DNA of 64,000 nt from an uncultured Chloroflexia bacterium (GCA_963819655.1 CAWFXA010000003.1:512001-576000); one strand, 5' to 3'. Numbered from the stretch's first letter, positions 33,393-43,480 are shown. Numbers and translations are program-made. Notes: a model not told the origin generated them from the sequence alone.

Positions 33393-35378
33393 TCAGAGAC
33401 GCAGCGCGAGCTCGCGGCCCTCATAGAACGCGAGGCTGGCCCGTCGCGGCGCAACGCAGTCGCCGATCGCCTCGAACGACATCCCGAGCGCCGTGAGCTC
33501 CGTGGCCAGGGTCGTCTCTGCCGCGGGCGTCTCGGCGATCACGAGCGTCTCCGCCCGGATCGTCTCGGTCACTCCGGTGAGCGTCGAGCGGACGTCCGCG
33601 GCGGCTCCATCCCAGCTCAGCACGACCGTATCCGGGCGCATCGTCCCGCCGGCAGCCGCGAACCGCCGGCGGAGCGGCACGTCAGCGGCGCTGTGGAAGA
33701 GCCCGCCGCCGACCACCGATGCCGATGTGACGATCGTGACGTGGTGGCCTGCCTCCGCGACAGACAGGGCGGTGCCGAGACCGCGCCAGTCGCCGAGGTC
33801 GTCGAGGACGAGGACCCGCCCAGCGGCGGTCGCCGCTCCGGACAGGACATCGTGGATCGAGACGGCATCGTCCCTGTCGGCGCCGGGGAGGCTTTCGACC
33901 AGGGGAAGCGCACGCTGGAACCCAGTCCCGGGAGGGCGCGCGCCGGTCGCGAGGATCACGACGTCCGCGCGTTCCGCTTGGATGCGCGTGGTGTCTGCGG
34001 CGGTCTCGAGACGCACCTCGACCCCGAGCGCCTCGAGTCGCCGCGCATACCAGGCCAGCAGGTCCAGGATCTGGCCGCGTGACGGCTGCCGACCGGCGAG
34101 CCGGAACTGACCACCGAGCTCGCCATCCCGCTCCAGGAGCGTCACCCGATGACCTCGCTCGGCCGCGACCCTGGCGGTCTCCAGTCCCGCCGGCCCGCCG
34201 CCCACGACCAGCACGGAGCGCGGGGTCGCAGCGGGCTGTGGCCGATCCCCGTCCCAGGCCCACTCCCGGCCGGCCGACGGGTTTACGAGGCACGAGATCC
34301 AGTAGTCGCGCGAGCGACGGCCCCAGCACAGTTGATTGCACGAGATGCACGGGCGGACCTCGTCCGCGCGATCGGCACGCGCCTTGGCGACCATGTGCGG
34401 GTCGGCGATCTGCCCGCGCACGATGCTGACCAGGTCGGCCTCGCCGGCGGCGAGGACCGCCTCGGCGGCCTCGGGCGTCCGGATGTGGCTCTCGGCCTGC
34501 ACGACCGCGTTCGTGACGACGCGCTTGAGCGCGACGGCAAACGGGACGCCGAGCTGCTGCTCGTACAGGGACACCGGGATGATCGGATAGAAGTCGAAGT
34601 ACGAACCGGTGCCGCACGTGACGTAATCCATGGCGCGACGCTGGTCGTGCCACGCGACGATCTCGGCGAGCCCGTCCATCGACAACGCCGCCTCGGAGCG
34701 CACGTCCACGCTCACCGCGAGCCCGACGATGAACGCGTCGCCGCACGCTCGCCGGATGCCGTCCAGGACCGCCGACGAGAACCGCATCCGCCCGTCGAAC
34801 GAGCCGCCCCAGGCGTCGGTCCGGCGGTTCGACCACGGTGTCCAGAACTGATCGATGAGGGCGTGATACGCGGCGAAGACCTCGACGCCGTCGAAGCCGG
34901 CCTCCTGCGCCCGCCGGGCGGCAGCGACGAAGCCGGCGATGACCTCCTCGATCTCGGACTCGGTCATCGCGTGGCTGCCGTCCGCGTCGTGGTAGGACGG
35001 CAGCCCCGACGGCGACCAGTTCGGGGCGAAGGAGTTGTCGGCGTCCCCGTGCTGCCCGACGTGATACAGCTGCTGGATCATCACGACGTCGGGGTTCGCG
35101 TTCCGACAGGCGTCGGTCAGCTGCCGGAAGGGCGGGACGATCGCGTCGTCGTCGTGCCGGAAATTGCCGCGCGTCAGGACGGCGGTCCGGTGCACCGGCA
35201 CGGGCTCGACCACGATCATCCCGGCGCCACCGAGCGCGCGCTCGCGGTAGTAGCCGATGTGGCGTTCCCCGGGCAGCCCAGCCTCCGCCATGTTGGCGGT
35301 GTGCGCCCCGAACGTGATCCGGCTCGTAAGCGTCCGGTGGCGAAGCTGTAACGGCTCAAAGACATGCGGGAACGCCAT
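33393..35378 (-). CDS. NADH:flavin oxidoreductase (OYE barrel + Fe-S + FAD), DgcA/HpbA-like
   Basis: ERALGGAG, AGFDGVE, RPCISCNQLC...C cluster, VVGGGPAG. Confidence 0.9.
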   Translation of the reverse strand: MAFPHVFEPLQLRHRTLTSRITFGAHTANMAEAGLPGERHIGYYRERALGGAGMIVVEPVPVHRTAVLTRGNFRHDDDAIVPPFRQLTDACRNANPDVVMIQQLYHVGQHGDADNSFAPNWSPSGLPSYHDADGSHAMTESEIEEVIAGFVAAARRAQEAGFDGVEVFAAYHALIDQFWTPWSNRRTDAWGGSFDGRMRFSSAVLDGIRRACGDAFIVGLAVSVDVRSEAALSMDGLAEIVAWHDQRRAMDYVTCGTGSYFDFYPIIPVSLYEQQLGVPFAVALKRVVTNAVVQAESHIRTPEAAEAVLAAGEADLVSIVRGQIADPHMVAKARADRADEVRPCISCNQLCWGRRSRDYWISCLVNPSAGREWAWDGDRPQPAATPRSVLVVGGGPAGLETARVAAERGHRVTLLERDGELGGQFRLAGRQPSRGQILDLLAWYARRLEALGVEVRLETAADTTRIQAERADVVILATGARPPGTGFQRALPLVESLPGADRDDAVSIHDVLSGAATAAGRVLVLDDLGDWRGLGTALSVAEAGHHVTIVTSASVVGGGLFHSAADVPLRRRFAAAGGTMRPDTVVLSWDGAAADVRSTLTGVTETIRAETLVIAETPAAETTLATELTALGMSFEAIGDCVAPRRASLAFYEGRELALRL

Positions 35379-35399
35379 GGGCCGTGCCAGTATGCGGCG

Positions 35400-36329
35400 A
35401 TGGCAGCCGCGCCACCGCTGATCGTCGTCGCCGGCGCGACCGCGACGGGCAAGACCGAGCTCGGGATCCGACTGGCCGAGGCGATCGTCGCGGCCGGACG
35501 CCCGGCGACCGTCATCTCGGCCGATTCACGGCAGGTCTACCGCGGCCTGGACATCGGCACGGCCAAGGTGACCGCCGTGGACCGGGCGCGGGTCCCGCAT
35601 GCCGGGCTGGACCTCGTCGACCCCGATCGGCGGTTCGCGCTATCGGACTACGTCGCTCACGCCCGGGGCGTCCTGGAGCAGATCGCCCAAGGGGATGGCG
35701 TGGCCCTGCTGGTCGGCGGGACCGGGCTGTATCTGCGGGCCGTGGCCCGCGGCCTCGACCTCGACGGGCTCCCCGACGATCCCGACATCCGCGCCCGGCT
35801 CGAGGCCGAGTTCACGGCCGAGGGCCTCGAGCCACTCGCCGTGCGGCTGCAGGCGATCGCCCCGACGCTCGCCTCGGAGATCCATCTCGCCAACCCGCGT
35901 CGGGTGATCCGGGCGCTCGAGATCGCCGAGCTCCGGGGCGACGGCTCGCGTCCCCGACCGCGCGGTTACGACGGACCCGTGGCGTGGATCGGGCTCGAGG
36001 TTGTGCGCGACGAACATGCAAGGCGCATCGCGGCCCGCGCCCATGCGCAGTTCGACGCCGGCCTTGTCGAAGAGGCGGTCGCCCTGCGCGAGCTCTTCGA
36101 TCCGACGTTGCCCGCGTTCTCCGCGATCGGCTACCAGGAGGCTTGGTCGGTCGTCGACGGGACGCTCAGCCTCGGAGCGGCCATCGAGCAGGACTCGCGC
36201 CGCAACATTTCCTTCGCCAAGCGGCAGCGCACGTGGTTCAGGGCAGAACCCGACATCGCGTGGCTGGACGCCACGGCCGAGGACCCGCTCGCGAAGAGCC
36301 TCGCCGCCGCGAGGTCGATCCTCGACTAG
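35400..36329 (+). CDS. miaA: tRNA dimethylallyltransferase
   Basis: GATATGKT, SADSRQVY, IGTAK, GGTGLY, AKRQRTWF. Confidence 0.97.
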   Translation: MAAAPPLIVVAGATATGKTELGIRLAEAIVAAGRPATVISADSRQVYRGLDIGTAKVTAVDRARVPHAGLDLVDPDRRFALSDYVAHARGVLEQIAQGDGVALLVGGTGLYLRAVARGLDLDGLPDDPDIRARLEAEFTAEGLEPLAVRLQAIAPTLASEIHLANPRRVIRALEIAELRGDGSRPRPRGYDGPVAWIGLEVVRDEHARRIAARAHAQFDAGLVEEAVALRELFDPTLPAFSAIGYQEAWSVVDGTLSLGAAIEQDSRRNISFAKRQRTWFRAEPDIAWLDATAEDPLAKSLAAARSILD

Positions 36330-36979
36330 CCGTCGGCCACCTCGGTCTCGTCGACCACATCGCTGATCCCGTGGACCCGCTCGACGACCTCGATGATGGT
36401 GTCCGTGTCCTCGATGCCGTCGACGACTCCACGGATGACGGCGGTCGAGCCGCGAACGCCGATCAGCAGCCGGTCGACCAGCCCCGCGGTCGCGGCATCC
36501 GCCCGCAGAGCCTCGCGGATCCGCGCCGTCAGCTCGGGCTCGCCCGGCAGATCCGACCCACGGTGGTCCTCGTCGTACGGCTCGGACTCGGCCGAGACGG
36601 CGGCGCCGGCCGCGATGATCAGGCCGTCCTCCTCTTCCGGGTCGGCATGGACCGGTGGGTCGATCGGCGGGACGTAGACGAGGCCCTCCTCGGTCGCGAC
36701 GTCGGGGTCGTCGGTCTCGCCCTCACGAAGATCGTCGAGATCGAGGTCATCGAGCACGGCGGCCTCGTCGGCCACGAACGTCGGATCCGGCGGCGAGTCG
36801 CCGCGCTCGAACTCGGTCAGGGTCGGCGTGCGCTCGTGTTCCATCTCGTCGGGCGTGATGACCGCGTCCTGCTCATCGGGCGGCGTGTCGCCCTGGATCT
36901 CGATGACGTCCTCGAGCGGCAGATCGTCCGATGTATCGGCGCCATCGGCGGGCGTGCGTCGCTCGCGTGATTCGGTCAC
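36326..36979 (-). CDS. BON-domain protein with acidic N-terminus
   Basis: C-terminal IREALRAD...IRGVV...GISDVVD BON pattern; GAGGAGG RBS. Confidence 0.8.
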   Translation of the reverse strand: MTESRERRTPADGADTSDDLPLEDVIEIQGDTPPDEQDAVITPDEMEHERTPTLTEFERGDSPPDPTFVADEAAVLDDLDLDDLREGETDDPDVATEEGLVYVPPIDPPVHADPEEEDGLIIAAGAAVSAESEPYDEDHRGSDLPGEPELTARIREALRADAATAGLVDRLLIGVRGSTAVIRGVVDGIEDTDTIIEVVERVHGISDVVDETEVADG

Positions 36980-37068
36980 TGGGCACCTCCTCGGCTCGAA
37001 GCGTCCGGCCGCGCCCTTGCAGGGACGTCTACCGCCCGTCTCGAACGCTCACGGTATCCTGCAGACAC

Positions 37069-38445
37069 ATGCCCCGCACCCTCATCGATCTCGAACCGCC
37101 GAGCGAGAAGGTCTTCCTCGTCGCCGTCGACACCGGCGCCCAGGACGGCTGGACGGCGCAGGAATTGCTGACCGAGCTCGCGAACCTCGCGACGACGGCC
37201 GGTGCCGACGTCGTTGGCGCCGAATGGCAGAACCGTCGTCATGTCGACCCGAACTGGTACATCGGGAAGGGCAAGGCGGAGGAGCTGGCGTCGGCCAAGC
37301 GCGAGACCGGCTTCGACATCCTGATCGCCGACGACGAGCTGTCGCCGGCGCAGCAGCGTGCCCTCGAGGAGCTGCTGCGCGTCAAGGTCATCGACCGCAG
37401 CCGCCTCATCCTCGACATCTTCGCCCTGCATGCCCAGACCCACGAGGGACGCCTCCAGGTCGAGCTGGCTCAGCTCGAATACCAGCTCCCGCGCCTGACC
37501 AAGCTGTGGACCCACCTGTCGCGGACCCAGGGCGGCATCGGGTCGCGCGGTCCCGGCGAGAGCCAGCTCGAGACCGACCGGCGGATCGTCCGGACGCGGA
37601 TCGCCAAGATGAAGGAGCGCGTCGAGCAGGTCCGCCAGCAGCGCGCGACCGCCGCGCGCGGGCGTGACCGACGGCTGTGGCCGACCGTCGGCATCGTGGG
37701 GTACACGAACGCCGGCAAGTCGACCCTGCTCAATACTCTCGTCGGCTCCGAGGTAGCGCGCGCGGAGGACAAGCTGTTCGCGACGCTCGATCCGACGAGC
37801 CGCCAGGTCAAGCTCGGCGACGGCCAGACGGCGATCGTCACCGACACCGTCGGTTTCATCCACAAGTTGCCCCACCAGCTGGTCGATGCCTTCCGGGCGA
37901 CCCTCGAGGAGGTCAATCGCGCTGACGTGCTGCTCGAGGTCATCGACGCGGCCGACCCGCACGCGGAGGAGCACCGGGCGACGGTCCAGTCCGTTCTCGA
38001 CGAGCTCGGGGCTGGCGACAAGCCGCGCCTCGTGGTGTTCAACAAGGCCGACCTGATCGACCGCGTGGCGACGGATGGAGCGGCGGTCGCCCCGTCGATC
38101 GCTGGTGCCGTGTACGTGTCGGCCCTGACCGGGTTCGGCATGGACACGCTGCGCGCCGAGATCGCGGCGGTCCTCGCCTCGCTGTGGGTCGACGTCGACG
38201 TGGCGCTGCCGTACGCCGCTGGCGAGCTTCTGGCGCGTGTACGGGAGCGCGGGACGATCGACATCGAGTATCGAGAGCACGACGTGCGCGTGCACGGGCG
38301 CGTGGCCCCGTCACTGGCCGGTGAGCTCGATTCTGCGGCTGCCCGCTGGTCCGACGCGTTTGACGGGGATGACGGCTCCGGCGGCAACGGCGCCGACCCG
38401 TCGCTGCCGAGACGATCCGCGGCGGGGCGCCGCACCGCGGGCTGA
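37069..38445 (+). CDS. hflX: GTPase HflX
   Basis: [37 protein letters not shown]. Confidence 0.97.
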   Translation: MPRTLIDLEPPSEKVFLVAVDTGAQDGWTAQELLTELANLATTAGADVVGAEWQNRRHVDPNWYIGKGKAEELASAKRETGFDILIADDELSPAQQRALEELLRVKVIDRSRLILDIFALHAQTHEGRLQVELAQLEYQLPRLTKLWTHLSRTQGGIGSRGPGESQLETDRRIVRTRIAKMKERVEQVRQQRATAARGRDRRLWPTVGIVGYTNAGKSTLLNTLVGSEVARAEDKLFATLDPTSRQVKLGDGQTAIVTDTVGFIHKLPHQLVDAFRATLEEVNRADVLLEVIDAADPHAEEHRATVQSVLDELGAGDKPRLVVFNKADLIDRVATDGAAVAPSIAGAVYVSALTGFGMDTLRAEIAAVLASLWVDVDVALPYAAGELLARVRERGTIDIEYREHDVRVHGRVAPSLAGELDSAAARWSDAFDGDDGSGGNGADPSLPRRSAAGRRTAG

Positions 38446-38455
38446 CGGGGCGGGG

Positions 38456-39022
38456 ATGGCCCCGACCCGACGCGCCGGGCGCGCGACGACGATCGGTGGG
38501 GAGATCCTGACGTGGACCGAAGCCGTGGGGACTCGTGGGACGCGTTGGCGCGAGGCCCTGCAGCGAGACGGGACGCTCATCCGGTCGTTGCTGCTGGAGG
38601 TCTCGGCAGCCGGGCGGCCGACCCGACTCGAGATGACGACCGCGGCCGGGCTGCTCACGCTGCACCCGGAGCCGGACGAGTCGGCGCTGCACGGGAACGT
38701 CGTGAGGGGCGACGGGGTGGACCATCTTGCCTTCGCGTGGAGCGCGGACCATGAGCTGCTGGTCCTCGGATCACCTGCCTCGGCGACGATCGCGCTCCGG
38801 CGGCTCGCAGAACGGATCGTGGTGGGTGCGACATGGCCGCTCGATGTAGTGCGGATCGATGACGCGCTCGAGCCGCGCCCGGCGAGCTGGACGGCGGAGC
38901 GAGTCGCGCGGCATGCGTGGCACCTGCGCACCGTCGACGGCCTCGAGGAGCGCCGCCTCACCGTCGATGATCAAGGCCGGCCAGTGCTGACGGATGCGCT
39001 GACCTGGCCGCTCGAGGCGTGA
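38456..39022 (+). CDS. Hypothetical protein
   Basis: 188-aa ORF directly after hflX with plausible codon usage. Confidence 0.6.
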   Translation: MAPTRRAGRATTIGGEILTWTEAVGTRGTRWREALQRDGTLIRSLLLEVSAAGRPTRLEMTTAAGLLTLHPEPDESALHGNVVRGDGVDHLAFAWSADHELLVLGSPASATIALRRLAERIVVGATWPLDVVRIDDALEPRPASWTAERVARHAWHLRTVDGLEERRLTVDDQGRPVLTDALTWPLEA

Positions 39023-39023
39023 C

Positions 39024-39120
39024 TGTGGGAACCGTGTGGACAACGCTCTCGTTCACGGGATGTTTGCGATGAAAGTCGTGGATAACCGCCTTGTCGCGGT
39101 GATGGCGCGCACCGTATGGT
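39024..39120 (+). promoter_or_regulatory. Unit 1: three DnaA-box-like sites plus sigma70 promoter
   Basis: TGTGGGAAC 39024, TGTGGACAA 39035, CGTGGATAA 39077; TTGTCG-18bp-TATGGT. Confidence 0.65.
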
Positions 39121-39126
39121 TGGTCT

Positions 39127-39220
39127 TGCCCGGAGGGGCCACGGACATCTAGCGATTTGATCGGTGTTTACATTGATCGGAGCGTCTAGTGATCGAGGTT
39201 CCTTCGGGCGTTTTCGTGTG
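39127..39220 (+). ncRNA. Candidate rod-shaped sRNA, copy 1
   Basis: 13-bp closing stem GCCCGGAGGGGCC/GGTTCCTTCGGGC, 11-bp apical stem, TTTTCGT tail. Confidence 0.7.
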
Positions 39221-39256
39221 TCCGGCGTCTGACCGATCCCGCCGCCGCAGACCCGC

Positions 39257-39353
39257 CGTGGATTACCCGTGGATAGTCCAGCTCGACAGAGCCCCGAATC
39301 ACGAAACTCGTGGATAACACCACTTCACAGACCTGAGTCCCACCGGCTACGGT
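39257..39353 (+). promoter_or_regulatory. Unit 2: three DnaA-box-like sites plus sigma70 promoter
   Basis: CGTGGATTA 39257, CGTGGATAG 39268, CGTGGATAA 39309; TTCACA-18bp-TACGGT. Confidence 0.65.
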
Positions 39354-39358
39354 AGTCG

Positions 39359-39453
39359 TGCCCGAAGGGGCCGTGGACTGAAAGCGGCGATACCGGTGTT
39401 CTGCATCGGTGTCGATGGCTACGGACCGGCGGTTCCTTCGGGCGTTTCGTTGT
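39359..39453 (+). ncRNA. Candidate rod-shaped sRNA, copy 2
   Basis: Closing stem GCCCGAAGGGGCC/GGTTCCTTCGGGC, 11-bp apical stem, TTTCGTT tail. Confidence 0.7.
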
Positions 39454-39505
39454 CCGCGGCAGCCCGTGCGGCCAGAGCACGGGATCGCCAGTACCATTCC
39501 TGACC

Positions 39506-41641
39506 GTGGCATCGCCCCCGCCCTCGGACGCCCGCTCATCGTTCCGACCCGACATCGAAGGCCTGCGCGCCGTCGCCGTCCTGCTGGTCCTCGCGTATCA
39601 CGCGCGCGTGCCCGGCCTGACCGGCGGCTACATCGGCGTCGACGTCTTCTACGTCGTGTCGGGCTTCCTCATCACCGGGCTGATCGTCCGCGAGCTCCAG
39701 GCGACCGGCCGGCTCGACCTGCCGGCCTTCTATGCGCGACGCGCGCGCCGCTTGCTGCCCGCGGCCCTCGTCGTGATCGCCGTGACGGTCCTTGCGTCGG
39801 CAGTCATCCTGCCGCCGCTGCGCATGGTCGACGTCGCCGGCGATGGCGCGGCCGCCGCCCTGTACGTGAGCAACATCCGGTTCGCGGCGCAGGCGACCGA
39901 CTACCTCCAGGCCGAGCTCGACCCGTCGCCGCTGCTGCATTTCTGGTCGCTCGGGGTCGAGGAGCAGTTCTACCTGTTCTGGCCGGCCCTCCTGTTCGCG
40001 GTCGCCGGCCGCCGGACGAGCGTGCGGCGGATCGGGATCGCGATCGCCGTCGTGGCCGCAGTGTCGCTGGTGCTGTCGATCGTGTGGACGTCGACCGACG
40101 CGCCCTTGGCGTTCTTCCTCCTGCCGGCCCGTGCCTGGGAGCTGGCTGTCGGGGCCGGGTTGGCGCTCGCCGCGACCCGGATCGCGCGGATCCCGGCGTT
40201 GGCCGCCACGGCGGCGGTCGTGGTCGGCCTGGCCCTCATCGGCATCGGCGCGGTGATCTTCGACCTTGCGACACCGTTCCCGGGGACCGCGGCCCTGGTC
40301 CCGGTGGCCGGCGCCGCCCTGGTGATCGCAGGCGGTCTGCGCCAGCCGCTCGGGCCGATCTCGCGGCTCGTGGCGATCCCACCGATGCGCTGGATCGGCG
40401 GCATCTCCTATTCGCTGTACCTGTGGCACTGGCCGTTGCTCGTGCTTCCGGCGGCGGCCGTTGGGGCGCCGTTGCCCGGCCCGGTCCGGCTCGCGCTCGT
40501 CGGGCTCACGTTCGTCCTCGCCGAAGCCAGCCGCCGCTGGGTCGAGGACCCGATCCGGCACGGGCAGATCTCGAAACTCAGGCCGTCGCGCTCGCTCGCC
40601 GCGGCCGGTGCGATCAGCCTGGTGGTCGCGGGCGTCTCGCTCGGGGCGGGTCGCCTCGCTGCTCCGCCGCAGCTCGCCGCCGCCACCGGCGGGCCCGTCG
40701 AGCTCGACCTGCCGACGCCGCTCCCTGGCCCGACTGACGCCCCGCGGGTCACGCCATCCGCGGGTGCGACACAGACCCCGAGTGCGACACCGACGCCTGT
40801 GATCGATCCCACCCGTGCCCCGACCGCTGGCGGCCCCGTCCCGGGCGACCTCGTGCCGTCGCTGGCCGCCGTGCGTGACGACATCCCGGTCATCTATGCC
40901 GACGCCTGTCACGCCGAGTCGCGCGAGACGCAGCCGCCGGCCTGCGTGTACGGCGAGGCCGGTTCGTCGACGTCCGTGTACCTCATCGGCGACTCGCACG
41001 CCGCGCACTGGTTCCCCACGTTCGAGCGGCTGGCGAGCGAACGTGGCTGGCGGCTCGTCTCGCTCACGAAATCCGCCTGCCCGGTGGCCGACCTGCGCGT
41101 CTACAACGCGAGCCTCAAGCGCGAGTATGTCGAATGCACCGATTGGCGCGCGGCTGTCCTGCAGCGCATCGCCGACGAACGCCCTGCGCTCGTGGTGATC
41201 TCGGACAGTCGGGCGGGCAAGCTGTGGAATGATGGCACGCCGGTCGACACGACCGACCGGGAGGACCTGTGGGCGGCCGGTCTCGGCCGCGCGATCCGCG
41301 CGATCGACGAGGTCGCCGATCATGTGCTCGTCCTCGGCGACACGCCGAATCCCCTCGGCGATCCGCCGGTGTGCCTGTCGGACCACCTCGATGACGCCCT
41401 CGCCTGCGCGACCCCGACCTCGAAGGCCCTTGCGCCGCGACGGACTGCCACGGAGCGCGAGGTCAGCGCCGCGAGCGGCGCGACGTTCGTCGATCCGAGC
41501 CCGTGGCTGTGCCCGACCGAGCCGTGCCCGGCGATCATCGGGCGCGTGCTGGTGTACCGCGACGGCCACCACATGACGACGCCGTTCGCGTCGGCTCTCG
41601 CCCCATACCTCGAGCCGTTGCTGCCGGCCCTGCCGGGCTGA
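39506..41641 (+). CDS. Acyltransferase-3 + SGNH O-acyltransferase (OafA/YrhL-like)
   Basis: RPDIEGLRAVAV, HFWSLGVEEQFY, GDSHA, DGHH. Confidence 0.95.
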   Translation: MASPPPSDARSSFRPDIEGLRAVAVLLVLAYHARVPGLTGGYIGVDVFYVVSGFLITGLIVRELQATGRLDLPAFYARRARRLLPAALVVIAVTVLASAVILPPLRMVDVAGDGAAAALYVSNIRFAAQATDYLQAELDPSPLLHFWSLGVEEQFYLFWPALLFAVAGRRTSVRRIGIAIAVVAAVSLVLSIVWTSTDAPLAFFLLPARAWELAVGAGLALAATRIARIPALAATAAVVVGLALIGIGAVIFDLATPFPGTAALVPVAGAALVIAGGLRQPLGPISRLVAIPPMRWIGGISYSLYLWHWPLLVLPAAAVGAPLPGPVRLALVGLTFVLAEASRRWVEDPIRHGQISKLRPSRSLAAAGAISLVVAGVSLGAGRLAAPPQLAAATGGPVELDLPTPLPGPTDAPRVTPSAGATQTPSATPTPVIDPTRAPTAGGPVPGDLVPSLAAVRDDIPVIYADACHAESRETQPPACVYGEAGSSTSVYLIGDSHAAHWFPTFERLASERGWRLVSLTKSACPVADLRVYNASLKREYVECTDWRAAVLQRIADERPALVVISDSRAGKLWNDGTPVDTTDREDLWAAGLGRAIRAIDEVADHVLVLGDTPNPLGDPPVCLSDHLDDALACATPTSKALAPRRTATEREVSAASGATFVDPSPWLCPTEPCPAIIGRVLVYRDGHHMTTPFASALAPYLEPLLPALPG

Positions 41642-41666
41642 CCGACCGGCGTGGCATCATCGCCCG

Positions 41667-42632
41667 ATGCGTGATGCCCTCGTCGCCGTCTCGGAGCTGA
41701 CGCCTGAAGCCATCCTCACGGCATCGGCCGCGATCGATCCGGTGTTCAGGGATTCGCCCCAGTTCGTCCACGACGGGTTGTCCGCGCAGCTCGGTGTGCC
41801 GGTCGTGGTCAAGGTCGAGACCGTCAACCCGATCCGCTCGTTCAAGGGTCGCGGTACGTGGGTCGCCGTGCACGGCCTGGTAGGGGAGGGGAGGATCGGA
41901 CCGGACCGGCCGATCGTGGTGGCGTCGGCCGGCAACTTCGGGCAGGGCGTCGCCTACGCCGCTCGCGCCATCGACGTCCCCGCGGTCGTGTTCACGTCGC
42001 GCAACGCCAATCGGGCCAAGATCGCGCGGATGCGCGCGCTGGGCGCGACGGTGTTCGAGTCGGGGGAGGACTTCGACGACGCCCGGACGGCCTCGGAGGC
42101 GTATGCCGCCGAGCATCGGGCCGAAATACTGGTCGACGGCGACGACCCACGCATCTCGACCGGGGCCGCCACGCTGGCGCTCGAGCTCACCGACGCCATC
42201 GAGACCGGCGTCCTGCCGGGGCTGACGATCGCATCGGTGCCTGTCGGGAACGGCGCCCTGATCAACGGGGTCGGCTCGTGGCTCCGGCACGCATCGCCGG
42301 CGACCCGCATCGTCGGAGTCCAGGCGGAGGTGGCCGACGCTATGACCCGCTCGTTCGCGGCAGGCCGGCCGATCGACACGGCGTCCGCCGCCACCTACGC
42401 CGACGGCATCGCGTCGCGCATCGCGGTGCCGCGCGCGGTCGAGCTCATGGCGGGGCGGGTCGATGCCATGCTGACCGTCAGCGAGGACGCCTTGCGTGGG
42501 GCACAGGCCGAACTGACCGACGCGCTCGGCATAACGATCGAGGGTGCGGCCGCGGCGTCGTGGGCCGGCCTATTGGCCGGCCCGCCACCGGATGGTCCGG
42601 CGCTCATCATCATCACCGGCAGCAACGTCTGA
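41667..42632 (+). CDS. PLP-dependent threonine/serine dehydratase family protein
   Basis: SFKGRG, SAGNFG, PVGNG, TGSN. Confidence 0.9.
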   Translation: MRDALVAVSELTPEAILTASAAIDPVFRDSPQFVHDGLSAQLGVPVVVKVETVNPIRSFKGRGTWVAVHGLVGEGRIGPDRPIVVASAGNFGQGVAYAARAIDVPAVVFTSRNANRAKIARMRALGATVFESGEDFDDARTASEAYAAEHRAEILVDGDDPRISTGAATLALELTDAIETGVLPGLTIASVPVGNGALINGVGSWLRHASPATRIVGVQAEVADAMTRSFAAGRPIDTASAATYADGIASRIAVPRAVELMAGRVDAMLTVSEDALRGAQAELTDALGITIEGAAAASWAGLLAGPPPDGPALIIITGSNV

Positions 42633-42661
42633 CCGGGGGAGCGGAGGAGGGGAGCCGGCCC

Positions 42662-43480
42662 GTGGCCGCGACACGGACGCTGCCCTTCGAGCTTAGGGAC
42701 TTCTTGCGCTCGATCGTGCCGATCGCGCTGCTGTCAGTGGCTGCGGCGGCACCGGCGTGGCGCCTATCGATGGTCCTCGTGCTCGCCGTCGGGACCGCCA
42801 TCGCGATCAGACGCGAGTCACCCGTGCGCTGGACGTGGGCGGGCACGGTGCCCGTGGCGGTCAGCCTGTTGTGGGGCACGCTCGCGGCGCCCGTCGTGGC
42901 GGCCGGGCTCGGGAACTGCGAGAACCCGGCGTCGCCTGTCGCCACCTGGCGTGCGCTCGAGGCGGTCGTGGTGCTCGTCGCGCTGGCGATCGTGGCGCTC
43001 GCGCTCCGGGCGGTGCCGGCGTCGCTCTACCTGCGCTGGCCCGCGCGGGCCTGGATCCGGTGGGCCGTCGTCGGCTTCCTGGTCGCGGGTCCGGTCGCGT
43101 TGATCGTCGGGCCGTACTTGGCGCGCCCGTTCTTCGGCGACGTCTCGTACGTGATCCTTGCCGGTGCGTTCGTGCCTGCGCTGATCTTCGCGGTCTCGAA
43201 CGGCGCGATGGAGGAGCTGATCTATCGCGGCGCGCTGATGAGCTGGTCGGGCCGGGTGGTGGGCGTCTGGCCGGCGCTCGTGGGGCAGGCGGTGGTGTTC
43301 GGGCTCGCCCACTCGGGCAGCGACGTGATCGGCCTCCAGGTGCCGCTGATGCTAGCGATGGGCCTCGGCGGGCTGCTGGCCGGTCTCGTCACGATCCGGA
43401 CGCGCTCATTGCTCATCCCGATCGCCGTCCACATCGGGCTCGATATCCCGATCTACTTCGCGTTGGCCTGCCGCCCGTAA
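42662..43480 (+). CDS. CPBP (CAAX protease-like) intramembrane metalloprotease
   Basis: EELIYRG, FGLAH, H..D; multiple TM helices. Confidence 0.88.
   Translation: MAATRTLPFELRDFLRSIVPIALLSVAAAAPAWRLSMVLVLAVGTAIAIRRESPVRWTWAGTVPVAVSLLWGTLAAPVVAAGLGNCENPASPVATWRALEAVVVLVALAIVALALRAVPASLYLRWPARAWIRWAVVGFLVAGPVALIVGPYLARPFFGDVSYVILAGAFVPALIFAVSNGAMEELIYRGALMSWSGRVVGVWPALVGQAVVFGLAHSGSDVIGLQVPLMLAMGLGGLLAGLVTIRTRSLLIPIAVHIGLDIPIYFALACRP

Noticed and set aside
39023-39330. oriC (DnaA-box cluster with GATC-rich stretch)
   Set aside because: Boxes are tied to duplicated promoter units; the AT/GATC stretch is explained by an RNA stem; no dnaA/dnaN; core genes on the left point toward it rather than away. 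Not excluded without GC skew.
39127-39453. CRISPR mini-array, tRNA or SRP RNA
   Set aside because: Only two units with 232-bp period, each with a promoter; no cas genes, no cloverleaf, no SRP domain IV motif
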